Source of the DNA: Octopus vulgaris
Lineage: Eukaryota
DNA length: 64,000 bases
Direction: 5' to 3'
Assembly: GCA_951406725.2 (NCBI GenBank)
Contig: OX597822.1
Coordinates: forward strand, 57,784,001-57,848,000
Position numbers and translations under genes: made by a program. The notes under the pieces are model-generated. The model was not told the DNA's origin and did not search any database. It saw only the letters and a program-made list of their open reading frames with translations. Position 1 is the stretch's first letter. The number at the start of each line of letters is the position of its first letter. This document shows positions 38,106 to 52,229 of this stretch, piece after piece.

Positions 38106-39556
38106 CCTATTATCACTATCATTGTATTGACCAGACTATCAGATGTGTTATACACTGCTGCTCTCAATGCACTTCATTGCATTGTTGTAGCTTTTGAATC
38201 TTGCAACCCCACTAGCTTGGCAAGCAGGACAACATTCACCCTGAATGCAACACTAGTCTGTTGCAGAGTTACCCATTTACAGCTGAGTGGACTGGAGCAA
38301 TATGAAATGAAGTGTTTTGCTCAAGAACACAAAGCGCTGCCTGTCAGAGAATTGAAACCATGATCTAGCAATTATGAGTGGAAAACCCTAACCACTGGAC
38401 CATGCATCTTCACATATTTGTATTATACCTGACGATATTACAGAGGTTCAAGCTGAACCTCATCCCTAATGATCTCACCAGTCTAGCAAGGTTTGTAAGG
38501 TCTATGGAATATACATTGCTTCTTTTTTGGATTAAATAAGTTTCAACCTTCAGTACAAAACCACCAATTTTTTAGGGGAAGTATTTGACTGTATATAAGG
38601 CATCTGTCAGTCAAGGTCACCTATGTGTCTGCATATGTATGCATAAGCCTGGACAAAATTTTTCTTTTGAGGAACACTGGCAGTTATCCATGTATGAAAG
38701 TCTCCTTTTTCCATACAATTGAAGTTATCCACAGGGAAGATTACCAATTTGGACCAATACAGCTCAGCACCTATGTCATCACAGCAAGAGATATTGCAAG
38801 GCATCATGTCCAATCTTCTTACAGTTCTGCCAATCCAGTGTCCCAAACTGGTACTCTTTTTTTAACAAGCAAAGTATGAAAGGTGAAGATGACCTCATCA
38901 GGATTTGCACTCAGAGAGCATAGAATCAGAACAATTACCCTCCCTACCCCTAACCAATGCTCTAACAACTCTGCCAATTCACCATCTTAAGTAGAACTAC
39001 TTAAGGTAGTCAGTTATTTAATCAACCCCAGAAGGATGAAAAAATTTACATTGATGACACAAGATTTGAACTCAGAATTAAGTGAGGAATGAAAGGAGGT
39101 ATGATTTGAATAAGAGTTATGCGTCATGAAGAAGACCATTATTGTACAAAAGGAACATGGTGGTTAACGGGATGAAAATTTGAGGTATGCCAATGATGAA
39201 GACACATGAATTAGCCCATCAGTGGAGGTTGCAATGAAATGGTTTGACAAAAACTTCTTAACCAAATTCAGCTAGAAGTTTGTCAATTCAACTATAAGTT
39301 TTCTAAGTTTCCTCATGCATATGTGCATAAATGCATATTTATCCATGGGTGAAATTGTATACATGTACAATTATATGCTAACATGGGATAAGAGTGTTCT
39401 AAAGATAGACCTTAGCATCTAAAAAAATATAAAGGCTTTCTTAAACTTTATGCATTGTTAGAGCTTTTTCTCATTTCTCATTTCATTCATTTTTCTGTTA
39501 TGATATATGTTAGTGCATGTAAATATGTTTGTGAATTTACCTATCTCAATTTAAAC

Positions 39557-39740
39557 GTTTTGTTGTATCTGGGGAGAGTCATTCTCTTTTAGTGCCTTAT
39601 TGTTTAACACACTCACCGGTAAAGTTTCCACTCATAAGGCACTAAAAGAGAATAACTCTCCCCAGGCACATCAAAATATGCTTCAACACATGAATATACA
39701 TAAAGAATCTTGCAAACCAAATCCAAAACGAAATTTAAAT
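39557..39740. repeat. Fold-back of a dispersed repeat
   Basis: 39557-39600 is an imperfect reverse complement of 39634-39677. 39704-39734 matches 4200-4233 in reverse complement. Confidence 0.8.
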
Positions 39741-39982
39741 GTTCATTTGTTAAAATCAAAATCTTTTCAAACAAATTTTTAACATTAATGAAGATTTTAT
39801 TTTAGAATTCTCAAAAAGCATCTTGTTCCAAGATGCACACACACACACCTACACACCCACTCACCCACACACACACACAGTGTTTACTCAATACTTAATG
39901 CTTTGTCTAAAAAGTTAATTCAAGAGTTGGAATTACTCAATACTTAATGCTTTGTCTGAAATAAACATAGTATATTTTTTTT

Positions 39983-40347
39983 ATCTTTTACTTGTTTCAG
40001 TCATTAGACTGCGACCAAGCTGGGGCACTGCCTTGGAGAATATTTAGTCAAACAAATCAACCCTTGTATTTTTTCTTTTTTTTAAAGCCTGGTACTCATT
40101 CTATTGTCCCCTTTTTCTGAACTGCTAAGTTACAGGGATGTAAACACACCAACACCAGTTGTCAAGCAGTGATGGGGACAAATACAGACACACATATACA
40201 ACAGGCTTCTTTCAGTTTCCATCTACCAAATTCACTTACTTGGCCCAAGGCTATAGTAGAAAACACTTGCTCAAGGTGCTACACAGTGGGACTGAACCCA
40301 AGACTGTGTAGTTGGGAAGCGAACTTCTTACCACACAGCCATGCCTG
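39983..40347 (-). mobile_element. SINE family A, older copy
   Basis: ttttacttgtttcagtcatt tail through the ttaccacacagccatgcctg head. Confidence 0.8.
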
Positions 40348-41226
40348 CGTATGTATAATTTGTTTTTCCTTAAACAAATATGTTAACTGGAAAAAGTGCA
40401 TCAATTGGATTTGAAGTAGAGCAAAAAATATTTGTTTAAAAGCAGAAATATTTAGACATGGCCAAAACAAAAAAAATGAAGACATGTGGTTGATGATAAT
40501 CAGTGACCAAACAGCAAACTAGGATAGTCAGTTGATGACAGCAGCTCAGAGACTGGACAACAAAGAGAATGGAATAATCATGTACCAATTGAAAGAACTA
40601 GAACAATGAATGGGCATCTACATAGTCACTGGACCTTTTAGGAATAGCAGCCAAATTTCCATCAAATCACACTCTACCATCTCAAATACTTATTAACATT
40701 AGTTAATAAGTATGCTTTTGATCATGGTCAACATAATCAGGATCAGCCTGGGGTTAAATAACTACAACTATGACACATCTGAGAAGTACATGTAAGCTTG
40801 TGTTATCATGATATATAAGCATTACATAAGTGGCTTTTGTAAATGGAGAAAAATTTACAAAGGAAAGATGAAAGAAGCTAAATGGCATGAAGTAACCTCT
40901 ACATGATCACTCAACTGATTAGAAGTTGAAAGTGGGGGGAGCAGCTAAGTCACTCCCAAATCACAATTAAATATTTAATTTAGAAAAGGGAAATAAAATG
41001 GCCTTGGATCGAATAACCTTGATTCTAAGTCCATTAAAATAGGGTTGACTTGGAGTTAAATAATTTGGACTGATTGTTGATGGTAACCAAGGGAAAAGTT
41101 GATCGAGAAATGGTTGTATGAGATAGTCAACCAAAAACCTAGAAGCAAATCAAGAGGGATCTATCATTGCTGTTTAATAAGGAAATTATTCAAACGTCAT
41201 CTGTAGCACAGAAACTTAACTTAGAA

Positions 41227-41655
41227 ATTGGTTTCAAATTTTGGCTTAAGTCCAGCAATTTTGGAGAAGAGGCTAAGTTGATTACATCAACCCCAGTGTT
41301 CAGCTGGTACTTATTTTATCTACTCTGCAAGGATGAAAGGTAAAGTTAAATCCTGGCAGAATTCAAACTCAGAATGTAAAGATGGATGATATGCCACTAA
41401 GTATTTTTCCCAGTATGCGAGTGATTCTGCCACCTTATGTTGATTTCAAATTTTGGCACAAAGCCAGCACTTTTGAGAAAGTGGGTAAGTTGATTACATC
41501 AACCCCAGTGATTAGCTGATACTTATTTTATCAACCCCTTAAAGATGAAACGTAAAGTCAACCCCAGCAGAATCTGAACTCAGAATGTAAAGACAAACAA
41601 AATGTTGCTAAGCATTTTCTCCCAACATGCTAATGATTCTACCAGCTCACCACCT
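41227..41655 (-). mobile_element. Two tandem family B SINEs
   Basis: Each unit has tttcaaattttggc..gattacatcaaccccagtg..gatgaaa..aactcagaatgtaaaga. Confidence 0.8.
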
Positions 41656-43665
41656 AACTGAGTTTAAATATTAACAGTTCCCGAATAGATGAGACATTTA
41701 TCATTCCCCAGTAGTACAGGAACTAAATCTAGATAATGACACCCCAATAGATAAAAAACTCAACATTCGCTGAAACAGAGCCAAAATATTCACAACAATT
41801 AGTTAATGTAGATGTCATTTTCCCTGTTAACAAAATTGTCTGCTGGTTTTCCTTCAGTAAGAGTCAAGATATGTTACATAAGGCAGTTCTACATACTTTG
41901 AACTTATGTAAAAGAAGAGATGCCTTGAAAAGTAGGTATGGGTTAGCAACGGGAAGGGCATCTAGCTGTAAAACCATACCTTAATAATACATTTATCTAA
42001 CCCATGGAAAAATGATTGTAAAACAAAGTTATGAATTAGTTTACCTAGACATTAAGAAAAAAAAAGATGCAGGAATATTGTATTTTGTATAAAAAAAAAG
42101 ATACAAGAATATGAAACACTTTGGGTGTGTTTGTTTTTTACTCTGCTTTCTTTGACTTTATCTTAGTTTTTTTTTAAATTTGGCACAAAAGATGTAAGTT
42201 AACAAGCTTTTGATTGCAATACATTCCATGACTTTTAAGTAAATACAAACTGGAAAGATAAATCAATTATATTTGTTCTCACAGGATTAATTTGTTTAAT
42301 GAATCACCAAATCAATTAAATCAACCAATGTTCATTTGACTTATGCAAGTAAGATGAACTGAGTAATTACTTAGCCTTTAGCAATCAGAGGTATCCATCA
42401 ATGAACAGATAGTCCTACTTCAAGAGAAGCAAAACTGTGTACCTTGTGGTTTTTCCAAGAACATCAGACACAAAGCAAAGTAGTTATAACTAGGAAGCAC
42501 AACCAGGTCTGCAAACTTAACACACCAGATACTGATATTCGATTCTAAATTACTCACAAATTGATTTAATTAGCTAATTAAAATTTCCCAAATAGAAAGC
42601 CACATTTTATATAAACTAGATAAAATGTTAGCCTCTTATTCAAATTCAATTCATAAGAGAAGTATTTCATATCAATGACTTAAATGATGTGACTAAAATT
42701 TTCAAGTTACCATTTTTTATTCTCTTTAAACATAATTTCAAAAGTACTGTTCTAACTCAATTCTTCCATACCTTATTGTTGCTGTAAATTTTGAGAAATT
42801 CTGTATGGGCAAAAATCTATCCCCTCTTTGACCATCATCATCATCAATTTTTTAATACCCACTTTTCTATGCTTTCATGGGCCAGGCATAATTTCTACAG
42901 CTGGATGATCTTCTTGTTGCCAATCCTCCCTTATTTCCAAGCAAGGTACATATTTCCATACGACCTGACATGTTTCATGGAAGACTGGATATAAACAACA
43001 CTGCTATCATGCAATATCATAATAAGGAGGTGCGCGCACACACACACATACACACACACACAAACACAGAAGATTCTTTCAGTTTCTAACAAATCCACTC
43101 GCAAGGCTTTTATCAGCCTGATAATATAGTTATTTTAGTAGACAGTGTTGTTTACTGCCCTACTTAACAATAATTTCCTAAACTAGGAAGGAAAAGTTTG
43201 CTAGAATTTCTTTTTATGAAACTCCTTAGCACGGGGGCTCTTCACATAGAGTGTATAACTTTTGAGTACTTTAAACTGGCTGGTTATAGGTAGAAGATAT
43301 TAACATAACAGAGAAAACAATAGTCATGTTGTGAAAATAGTCGACAGTGTAAACAATAGTCCATGTAGTATCTTATGAGAGTTGGTCATTGAAAGTCTGT
43401 GAGAAAATTATCAAAAATCAGGACTCTATTTGTAGATGTCAAGTATCATCATTAAAATGTCATGATTAATATTCATGCACTTATACTACTAAAGAGCAAT
43501 ATATCAATAAAACTTATCTAAATGTTCCCAGCACAGTAAAAGCCCTTTATGGTTGTGTTCTTAAATAATAATATTAATCAGTGAAGCTAAACAGAGGATA
43601 CTTTCCTGTTTAATGCCACTTACTATTTTATTGATTTACTTATATGACCGTGTATTTTAGATATA

Positions 43666-44532
43666 CGTGGTCTGATCAATAAGTATCCGGACTGTTGCCA
43701 TAGTAACGAAGCTAAAGCACACTGAGTAAAGCCACTTGGCACAGGTTAACCTTGAACTCTGCTGTGCATGTGCACTAAGTTTTAATGTTCTAGCTCACTT
43801 CTGCTGTTTACAGCAGTGCTTCGAAGGAAGGTGTGTAGTGCGTGGTCGTCGCATTGACCATGACAGAGAAAGTTGTCATAGTGATACCTGCTCAGAGGCC
43901 TATGCAAAGTTGCAGAAATTGTATGGAGAGAAGTGTATGAGCTGCACACAAGTGTACAAGTGGTTCAGACATTTCCAAGATGGCTGAAAAAATGTCGATA
44001 TTAACAAATGTTCTGGGTGACCCGCAACCAGCAAAACTGAGGAAAATATCGCAGATATGCATGCAACTGTGAGGAGAAATCATTAAATCACCATCCGTGA
44101 GTTATCTGAGGATGTGCAGATTAGTTGCAGTTCAGTTCAGTCCACTATCACTGAAGATTTGGATACAAACTGCTTTCAGCTGACCAAAAAGACACTCAGG
44201 TTTCAGTTGCACAAGATCTCTTTGATTGTGTCTAGAACAATGAAAACATTTTGAAAACTTTGTGTAGGCCTTTGAGCAAGTATCGCCAAGCTTTTGGCAA
44301 AATTTGATGCAGATTTTCTGCTCAACTTTGTCTGTCATAGTCAATGTGACAATCACACACTACACACCTTCCTTCCAAGCACTGCTGTAAACAGCAGAAG
44401 TGAGCTAGTACATTAAAACTAAGAGCACATGCACAGCAGAGTTCAAGGTCAATCTGTACCAAGCAGCTTCACTCTCTGTACTTTAGCTTCGTTACTATAG
44501 CAACAGTCTGGATACTTGCTGATCAGACCACA
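43666..44532. mobile_element. Mariner-derived non-autonomous element made of two inverted 5' ends
   Basis: TA target duplication (43664-65, 44533-34) and inverted repeats of more than 200 bp. Both arms run into a transposase N-terminus: MTDKVEQKICIKFCQKLGDTCSKAY on - and DTCSEAYAKLQKLYGEKCMSCTQVYKWFRHFQDG on +. Confidence 0.9.
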
Positions 44533-45051
44533 TATTTCATAGACAAGAGCCATCTCAGCTCTGTATTTATCACATTCAGAAATTGAAGATTTTACCCACA
44601 AAGTCATGTCAACACACTCAATGTTTATATATTTATCACAGAGTGCATTTGACAGCTTAATCTTTTGTTCTGTTCCAGCACCACAGAAGAAATTTTAATA
44701 TTTATTTCATTTATTAACTCTTTACCGCTCCAAAGCATTTTCATAAGTTTGTCATAAATGTCCATGTGTGTTCTCAGACTCTTAGTTAGCCATTGTTTCC
44801 TACATTGTGAGTAATATAAAATTTTGCCTTGATAAGTCCTAGTTACTCTTATGATTGAAACAAATTGAATTTGTGCTCATATATACGATGCACAAACATC
44901 AAGGTAATACGTTTGGTGTATCATATGATATACACAGAGCAGGTAAAAGGTTAAGGTCCAAAATATTCCATCAATAAACAGTATAGTGAGGACCTTGATA
45001 ATATACCAATGATAACATTGTAGTGGGGACATCAACAATACTGTCAATATA

Positions 45052-45268
45052 CAAGGGGGAGCTGCAAAGTTCCTGGCTTTAAGGGTATCGCGAAAGGCCA
45101 AGTTGGAGGCCCAACCTTCCAAGTTCTTTTACAGGGCATAGAAAAACTGAAGGACCACTGCAATAAGTGTGTGAATCTGATAGGGGAATAGGTTGAGTAA
45201 AATCATTATTAACTGATCCTCCTGTATTTTCTTTTACCCAAAGCCAGAAACTTTTCTACACCCTCTCA
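45052..45268 (+). mobile_element. Small mariner-derived MITE
   Basis: TA flanks, imperfect TIRs of about 29 bp (..aaagttcctggcttt / aaagccagaaacttt..), and a transposase C-terminal remnant GIEKLKDHCNKCVNLIGE*VE*. Confidence 0.75.
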
Positions 45269-48200
45269 TACATTATAATAGAGACACCAACAACACTGTC
45301 ATAATGCATTATTGTGGGAACATAAACAATACCATCAGTTACTACAAAGACCTGAGTTTCTTTAACAGCTATTTTTGGAAAATTGTTCTCTCATTAGAAC
45401 AGGTTCTATGAATATCTTGAAATTTGAAGGAAATTAACGCCCAATCTGTTCTTCTAATATAATAGTTTCAAATCTGATGATAATAAAAAAAAGAATTAAA
45501 AAAAACTTTATTTATCGATATCTGCTACTATAAGGCCTATATGAGAAAGAAAAGTTAGAGAGAAGTCCATTAACTAAATTCAAATCACTATAACTAAATA
45601 ACACTTTTTGAACAACCCTTTTATTGATTTTGCCTTTTTTGTTTATTTTTTATTTTTTTTATTTTACATCTTTTAGTCACTAATGAAGACAGTGCCCATG
45701 ACCCTTTAAATAACCTTTGAGAGGTTGAAGGAAGGAAGAAGATACCCTCAAACTGAAGACCAGGCCTGAATACTTACATCTCTAGAGTGAACTTTTGTCA
45801 AAGGCATTCCCAATGCAGAGAGAGGAATTAAACTAGATGACAGATTAAATTTACTATACAAGTAGGCTATGGTAGAATTTGAACTCAGAACACAAACAAC
45901 CAGAGCAAATACTGCAAGGCACTTGGCCTACTGTTCTTACAGTTCTGGTAATCCACTACCTTTCAGTTGGTACTTTTTTACTGACTTTAAAAGGATGAAA
46001 GATAAAGTCGACCTTGACCGTGCTTGAATTCCTGAGTTCAAAGTGTTAGAACAAATACCACAAGACATTGCATCTAATGCTCATTAGAGCATCTGATGCT
46101 CATTAGAGCATCAGCTACAGTCAATTTCCCCACTATAATTACATTGCAGAGCATTTTTGACTCTCTATACTTAAACTGGATATAATAAATTTGCTTGTTT
46201 GTTTGTTTGTTTTTTGTTGTTTATTTGGTGGGTGGGGTTCTATTTATGGCTATTTTAATTATTTTCTTAATAAAGATAGTACTTACAATAAAAACGTTGA
46301 AGTTTACAATGTTTAATATCATGTCACACATGAATCTGAATTCATAACCAAAAGTTATTTCTTTTTATAAGAATTATATGAACAATAATGGTAGTAATAT
46401 TCTTTTTATATCCTTTTTTATGGACAACTATACAGGAAATTCCCACAACAGAGCTTGTATTCCTGTTCCCTTGATATTCGACTTGAATGGAATCTATTCT
46501 CTTTGGTAAAACAGCATCGGCTCACTGAAGTATAACTGTTGTGGTAAGATAAATCAATATCTGTCTATAGGCTGGTTTTTTTTTCTCTTTTAAGCCATTC
46601 CACTATAGACTTCAAACAAAAATACAAGTAACAGCTCTTCCTTTTTTAAGAGCAACAGTGAGTCTTCACAAATGAAGCTACTTAAAATGTGCTAATACCC
46701 CATAGAAAGGCATGACTATCACACAATTTCAATTCACTTTTATAAATCTGAGATTTTGTCTGCGTAAGAATTTAATATTTCATTGAAATGGTACATGGTC
46801 AAGGCAGCAGAATGCCAAGTTCAACAACCTGACTTCAGATACTTATTGGCTCAGTAAAAGAATTGCCAATAATGTACTGGGGTTGATTAATTATATGCTT
46901 TTCTACACAAGTTGGCCTTGAAATAAAAAATAAAACCAAAGAGAACTGCTAGCGCTGAGGCTAAACAACAGATGTAATGTCAAGAATCAAAAATTTCCCT
47001 GATATGCCACTGATGATCAAAAACCATAAAATTAAACAATTTTTGTCTTTTACTAGAATGCTGCTCAGATGAAGAAGGTAGCATTTTTACAAATTGCTAG
47101 TCTGAATCAAAAAGATAGTAGGAATCATTCTATTAGGATTTCTTCAATATTTTGAGAATGTAATTAGTTAATTGCTTAGCTGTATTGGCAAAATGTCATT
47201 CTTTCTAATTAATCATTTAAAAACAACTGCCTTATTTTTTCTTGTATATTTGTCAGTGTTTTATCATTGCTTCCTATGAGAGTAAATTAATATTTTTTTC
47301 TTCAATTTTATACCCACAATGGAAGGATCTGAAAGTAGAACCATGTAGAATGTGTTTTAGAAACACATTTCTGTTCTATGAATAGTTTTCTTTTTGATGC
47401 CCTTCTTTTCAATACTTGATCTACAATGATTTAGAAATGATCCATAATTTTTTAACTAGATAGCCCAATATAAAGAGAATGGCATATTCTATCCAAAGAT
47501 ACAAAATACCCATGACCAGGTATTATAACACAGTAATATTCCACTTTTGGATTCCTGCATACCCAAAAGTAAATTTCTCAAAGAATTCAATTTTGATGGG
47601 CACTAGAATAGTATGATTGTTGAAGTATCTTTCATCTGTTTTCTTTGTGTTTTTTCTACCTTTTACTGTTTCAGTCTTTAGATTGCAACCATGCCGGGCC
47701 GCCACACTGAAGGATTTTAATTAAACTGCACACACGCACACACATTTAAATGACAGGATTCCACGCAGTTTCTGTCTACTAAATTCACTCATAAGCTATT
47801 TGTCAGTCAGAGGTTATAGCAGAAAACATTTGCCCAAGGTGCTGTAGAGTGGGACTGAACCTGAAAACATGTTGGAAAATTAGATAAAACTGACTTATAC
47901 TGAAGATATTCCCAACTAATTCAGAAAGATTCTAATTTTTACATGTAATCTATCAATATGGTAATTATATCAGCTTCAAAAAGAATCTTAACATGAACCA
48001 ACAAGAAAGCTCTTTGAGTTTGCCAGACCTGCTAAAATAGCAGCTAAATCTCCATCAAATCACACCCTATCATGTTAAAAAACCAGAAGGACAAGTTGGA
48101 TAATGTAGTGTTTGACAAAGAATGTCTGGAAAAAAAAGGAAGGAGATGCTCGTAGTTGAAATACCTTTGATCATACATCTACTGGATTAAGACTGGCTTG

Positions 48201-49022
48201 GTACTAACCTTCCTAAAATCTTTGAAATTGAAATGAAAAAATACAATTTTAAGTTCTTAGAATAACATGCCAAACATAAAGACAAGATGGCTACTGCTTG
48301 AATTCAATATAAACTACCAATTTGTTTAAACAGTGTTAGGAAGGACAACCAGCTTAAAAAAAACATGCCAGAATTGAAAGTACAAAAGAAGACAGTGATA
48401 GGACTCTTTAGTCATATCGGGGATAACCAATCTTATTCCAGTGGGGCAATAAAATGCATACAGTCTACAATGCAAAGTAGTTTGTATTAGGAAAGGCATC
48501 CAGCAAAAAAAAAAAAATCAAGAATGAAGAAATGGCCACAATGTAGGGTAGAAAGACTCGTCTCAGGGTTTGCTTCTGTAATTGCTAGTGGCAAAATAAT
48601 TACACTCAGTCTTACACAATAAAGTGGTTGGTGGTTAGTGAGTTGGTGATTCAGCCATAGAAATCATATGGAAATAATGAAATATTCAACAACAGAGTTG
48701 GCTGGTCTCTCACTGTTGTTATGCATACAAAACAAAGGAGGACATGATGGGTGGCAGGTGGATGTTAGAAGACCTGACCAACTAATGCCAGCATGAAAAA
48801 AAAATGGATATAAAACAATGATGATGACAATGATGATGATGATGATAACAATGAAGACTAGTTCACTTGTTTCTTAAACTTAGACAGTTGTGTTTTGTGT
48901 TTTTTTCTTTCTCATTTACATATCTACAATTTTTTCTCTCTTTACATTTGTATGTTATTTTAGTTCATATCACATGACAAAACAACTACATTTTTAAGAA
49001 AGGTGGTGCAGGTGTTGCCTGT

Positions 49023-49365
49023 AGGCACAAGTATGGCCATATGATTGAAAAGTTTGCTTCCCAACCATGTGGTAATGGGTTCAGTCCTACTGTGTGGCAT
49101 CTTGAATGTCTTCTATAGCTTCAGGTCACCCAAAGCTTCGTGAGTGGATTTGGTAGAAGGAAACTGAAAGAACCTGTCATGCATGTATGTGTGTTTGTGT
49201 GTGTGTGTGTGTATGTATACATATGTGCATGTGTGTGTTTGAGTTTGTCCCTCAAAACCACTTGACAACCAGTGTTGGTTTGATTACATCTTTATTACTT
49301 AGCAGTTCAGCAAAGGTGATCGATATAAGTACCAGGCTTTAAAAAAATAAATACTGGGGTTGATG
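49023..49365 (+). mobile_element. SINE family A, older copy
   Basis: aggcacaagtatggcc head, gtgagtggatttggtag, and (TG)n. Confidence 0.75.
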
Positions 49366-50875
49366 AAACAACTTGAAATAAAATTAAAATTCAACATAAA
49401 GTTTATGAAATCTGAGTATCCAAGTCTTTGATTAGTAGGACAGGTCCCACAACCTCAAGATAAGCAAGAGAAATAACTTCAAAATTCAAAATGTAATAAA
49501 TATGGAAGCACCACATGGAAACAATATGTATGAAATAACAAATTTGAATTTTCCACTTCACAGTACCCAGATCAAAAATAGATCACAGAACAGTTTATTC
49601 TTCGTTGCCCCAAAAAAGGCACTCGTGCTGGTAACACATGAAAGGCACCCATGCTGGCGACATGTAAAAGAACCCAATGTACTCTATAAAGTGACTGACA
49701 TTAGGAAGGGCATTCAGCTCTAGGAAACAAACCAAAGCAGACGACTGGAGTCTGGTGCAGCCCTCTAAGTTTACCAACTCTAGTCAAACCATCTAACCAA
49801 TGACAACAAGAAAAGCAGATGTTAAATGATGATCGGCTGCGAATGCTATTACCCGTGATGAATCAGTTTTCGATATCTTAGTCAAGTTTTATCTCTTTTT
49901 TGCTTAGTCATAAAAGTAAATACTCTGCATTTACCTGTTCAGGACCTTCCAGTGCTCACACAGAAATACACAAGGGGCATGCACACACACACACACACAC
50001 ACACATTTCTGTAATTTGAAGGCCTGGCCACTTCATGCTGAGTTTATCTGAGGCTTTGATTAAAGATATACGTGTCTATGGAATACTCAGGCACTATAGT
50101 AGAAGACACTTGCCCAAAATGTAGTGATGTCAGACTGAACCAAAGGTTACATACTTGAGAAGCAACTACACAGCCATACCTCTAGCACAGTTCGATGAGC
50201 ATGTAATTCCATTGATTTAATTCCAAAATTTTTTGTACAAGAAAGCTCTTCTCCATTGAAACCATTAGAAAGCTCTTTTCCATTGAAACCACCCTGCAAT
50301 CTATTCATATATTTACTTCTATGTAATAAAAGGTGGTATAAATGTTGGCTGCTTAATTTCTCCAGTTAGGCTTTGCATTTTATAGAGGGAAGAAAAAATA
50401 CAATAAGAGAGAGAGAGAGAGAGTTAATATAAGATGTGTTGGATGAGTGAGTGTCTTATACCTTTCTGAAAAGTACAAAACTTTTAATGAAATTTTGCAG
50501 AATGGAGTAGATTGTGATTATGTTGATAAAATAAAAAATCATCATCATCCTCATCATCATCATCATAGTTTAACATCCAATTTTCCATGGGTCAGACAGA
50601 ATTTGTTGAGGCAGATTTTTTACAGCATAATGCCATTCCTATTGTCAACCTGCTTTTGTTTCCAAGCAAGGTAATATTTGCCCATAGCCAGGCATTTTTC
50701 ATGAAATCCTGGAAACAAATGACATTACTTGTATGATAGTGCTGATAGTTTACAACCATCACATGATGTTAGGACAAGAGTACATACAAAATGCACACAT
50801 ACACACATGCACACACACACATAAATATATATATTATTATATATATTATTTAAAGGTCACAATACATGTATTAAA

Positions 50876-50928
50876 GTGCTACTAATAGTTTCATAATTTG
50901 AGAAAACTCAAACATATTCTTCAGGTGC
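50876..50928 (-). ncRNA. Degenerate hammerhead motif in the inverted pLTR copy
   Basis: Minus strand reads GCAC CTGAAGA ATATGTTTGAG TTTT CTCAAATTAT GAAA CTATTAGTA GCAC. The core is intact but stem I is broken, which fits CpG decay of an ancestral GCGC/GCGC stem. Confidence 0.75.
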
Positions 50929-52176
50929 AAATCACATAACATAAAGAACTTGAATAATAGAAGTAACATGAAAAAATTGAGAAGGCAGTAAATTGAAAAG
51001 GCGGACAGTAAATAACTGAAAACGGAAAACTCATGTATATACATTAAAAGTCTTGTCACCCTCCAGTAATATTTAAAAACCTGGTAGCTAATATTAGTAA
51101 TAGAGTGTTTAACCTCTCTTCTTCCAAAGAAATTTTCAAGAAAGCTACCCCCTATTATAACAAGGCCTTAGGCAACAGTGGCTTCAAAGATAAATTAATA
51201 TATAATCCCTCTAATAATAATCAAAATATTAATAATAGATCTAGTGGCATTAAAGATATAGTACATAACCACTCTAGTATATTAATAATAAGAAACCTAA
51301 AAATAGGCCAAGGAAAATTATTCAATTCACTTCTCCCTTTTCCCTTAGTATAAAAACTAACATTGGTAAAAGATTCTTGTCTCTCCTAGACAAACACTTT
51401 CCAGCCACTCACAGATACAGGAAAATATTTAATTGACGTTCTGTGAAATTATCATATAGATGCTACCTCAATATAAAGAGTATCAATACATGTGGTCAAT
51501 ACCAAGAACTTGAATCCAGTTACAACTATCATGACCCAGGATCCTGTCTACTTGACCAATGATGTATGACTAAATCTATCATATATGAGGCAAAGTTACT
51601 GCAACCTAAATATTAATGTAACTGATAAGAAGGCCTATATTGGATTATGTTAAGGTGAATTTAAAAATCGCTATGCCAATCACATAGCCTCCTTCCGACA
51701 TAGGGACAAAAGTAAAGCTACTAAGTTGGCTAGCTACGTATAGACTTTGAAAGATAATGAAACACCGCATGTGATTAAATGGAAACTAATTGAGAAATCC
51801 ATACCTTATGTGAATGGATCGAATAAATGTAGACTTTGCTTGGCTGAAAGAATGCAGATCCTGTTCAGATCTAAGATCCCTAACTCTCTATTAAACTCCA
51901 GGTCAGAAATTTTCAGTGGTTGCATGCATATGAAGAACTGGAAAATTCTGTCTATTCCTGACTGATTTGATATCTTTCCAACCATATCATTTAAGGTCTA
52001 AGGAGGATAGCTCTTTTGCCTTTTTACTTCTTATTTTTAACATTTTAGTTTCTGTTTCTCATTTTCCATTTTCCGTATTCCATTGTTTAATGTCTGCCTT
52101 TTCTATATGCTGCCTTCTAATTTTTTCGCATTTCTTCTATTATTCAATTTCTTCAGTTCGTTATGCTATGTGGTTT

Positions 52177-52229
52177 GCACCTGAAGAATATGTTGGAGTT
52201 TTCTCAACATATGAAACTATTAGTAGTGC
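52177..52229 (+). ncRNA. Minimal type I hammerhead ribozyme motif in the Penelope pLTR
   Basis: Stem I GCAC/GTGC; core CTGAAGA (52181-52187); stem II ATATGTTG/CAACATAT; GAAA (52213-52216); near-palindromic stem III ACTATTAGT; cleavage triplet GTA (52223-52225). Confidence 0.85.

Noticed and set aside
39884-39957. 25-bp direct duplication (similar small duplications at 46070-46112 and 50240-50292)
   Set aside because: Ordinary local tandem duplications with no further structure.
45444-45478. U2 snRNA-like fragment (atctgttctt...agtttcaaatctgat)
   Set aside because: Only two short AT-rich matches separated by a gap, with no U2 5' stem or Sm site; likely chance.
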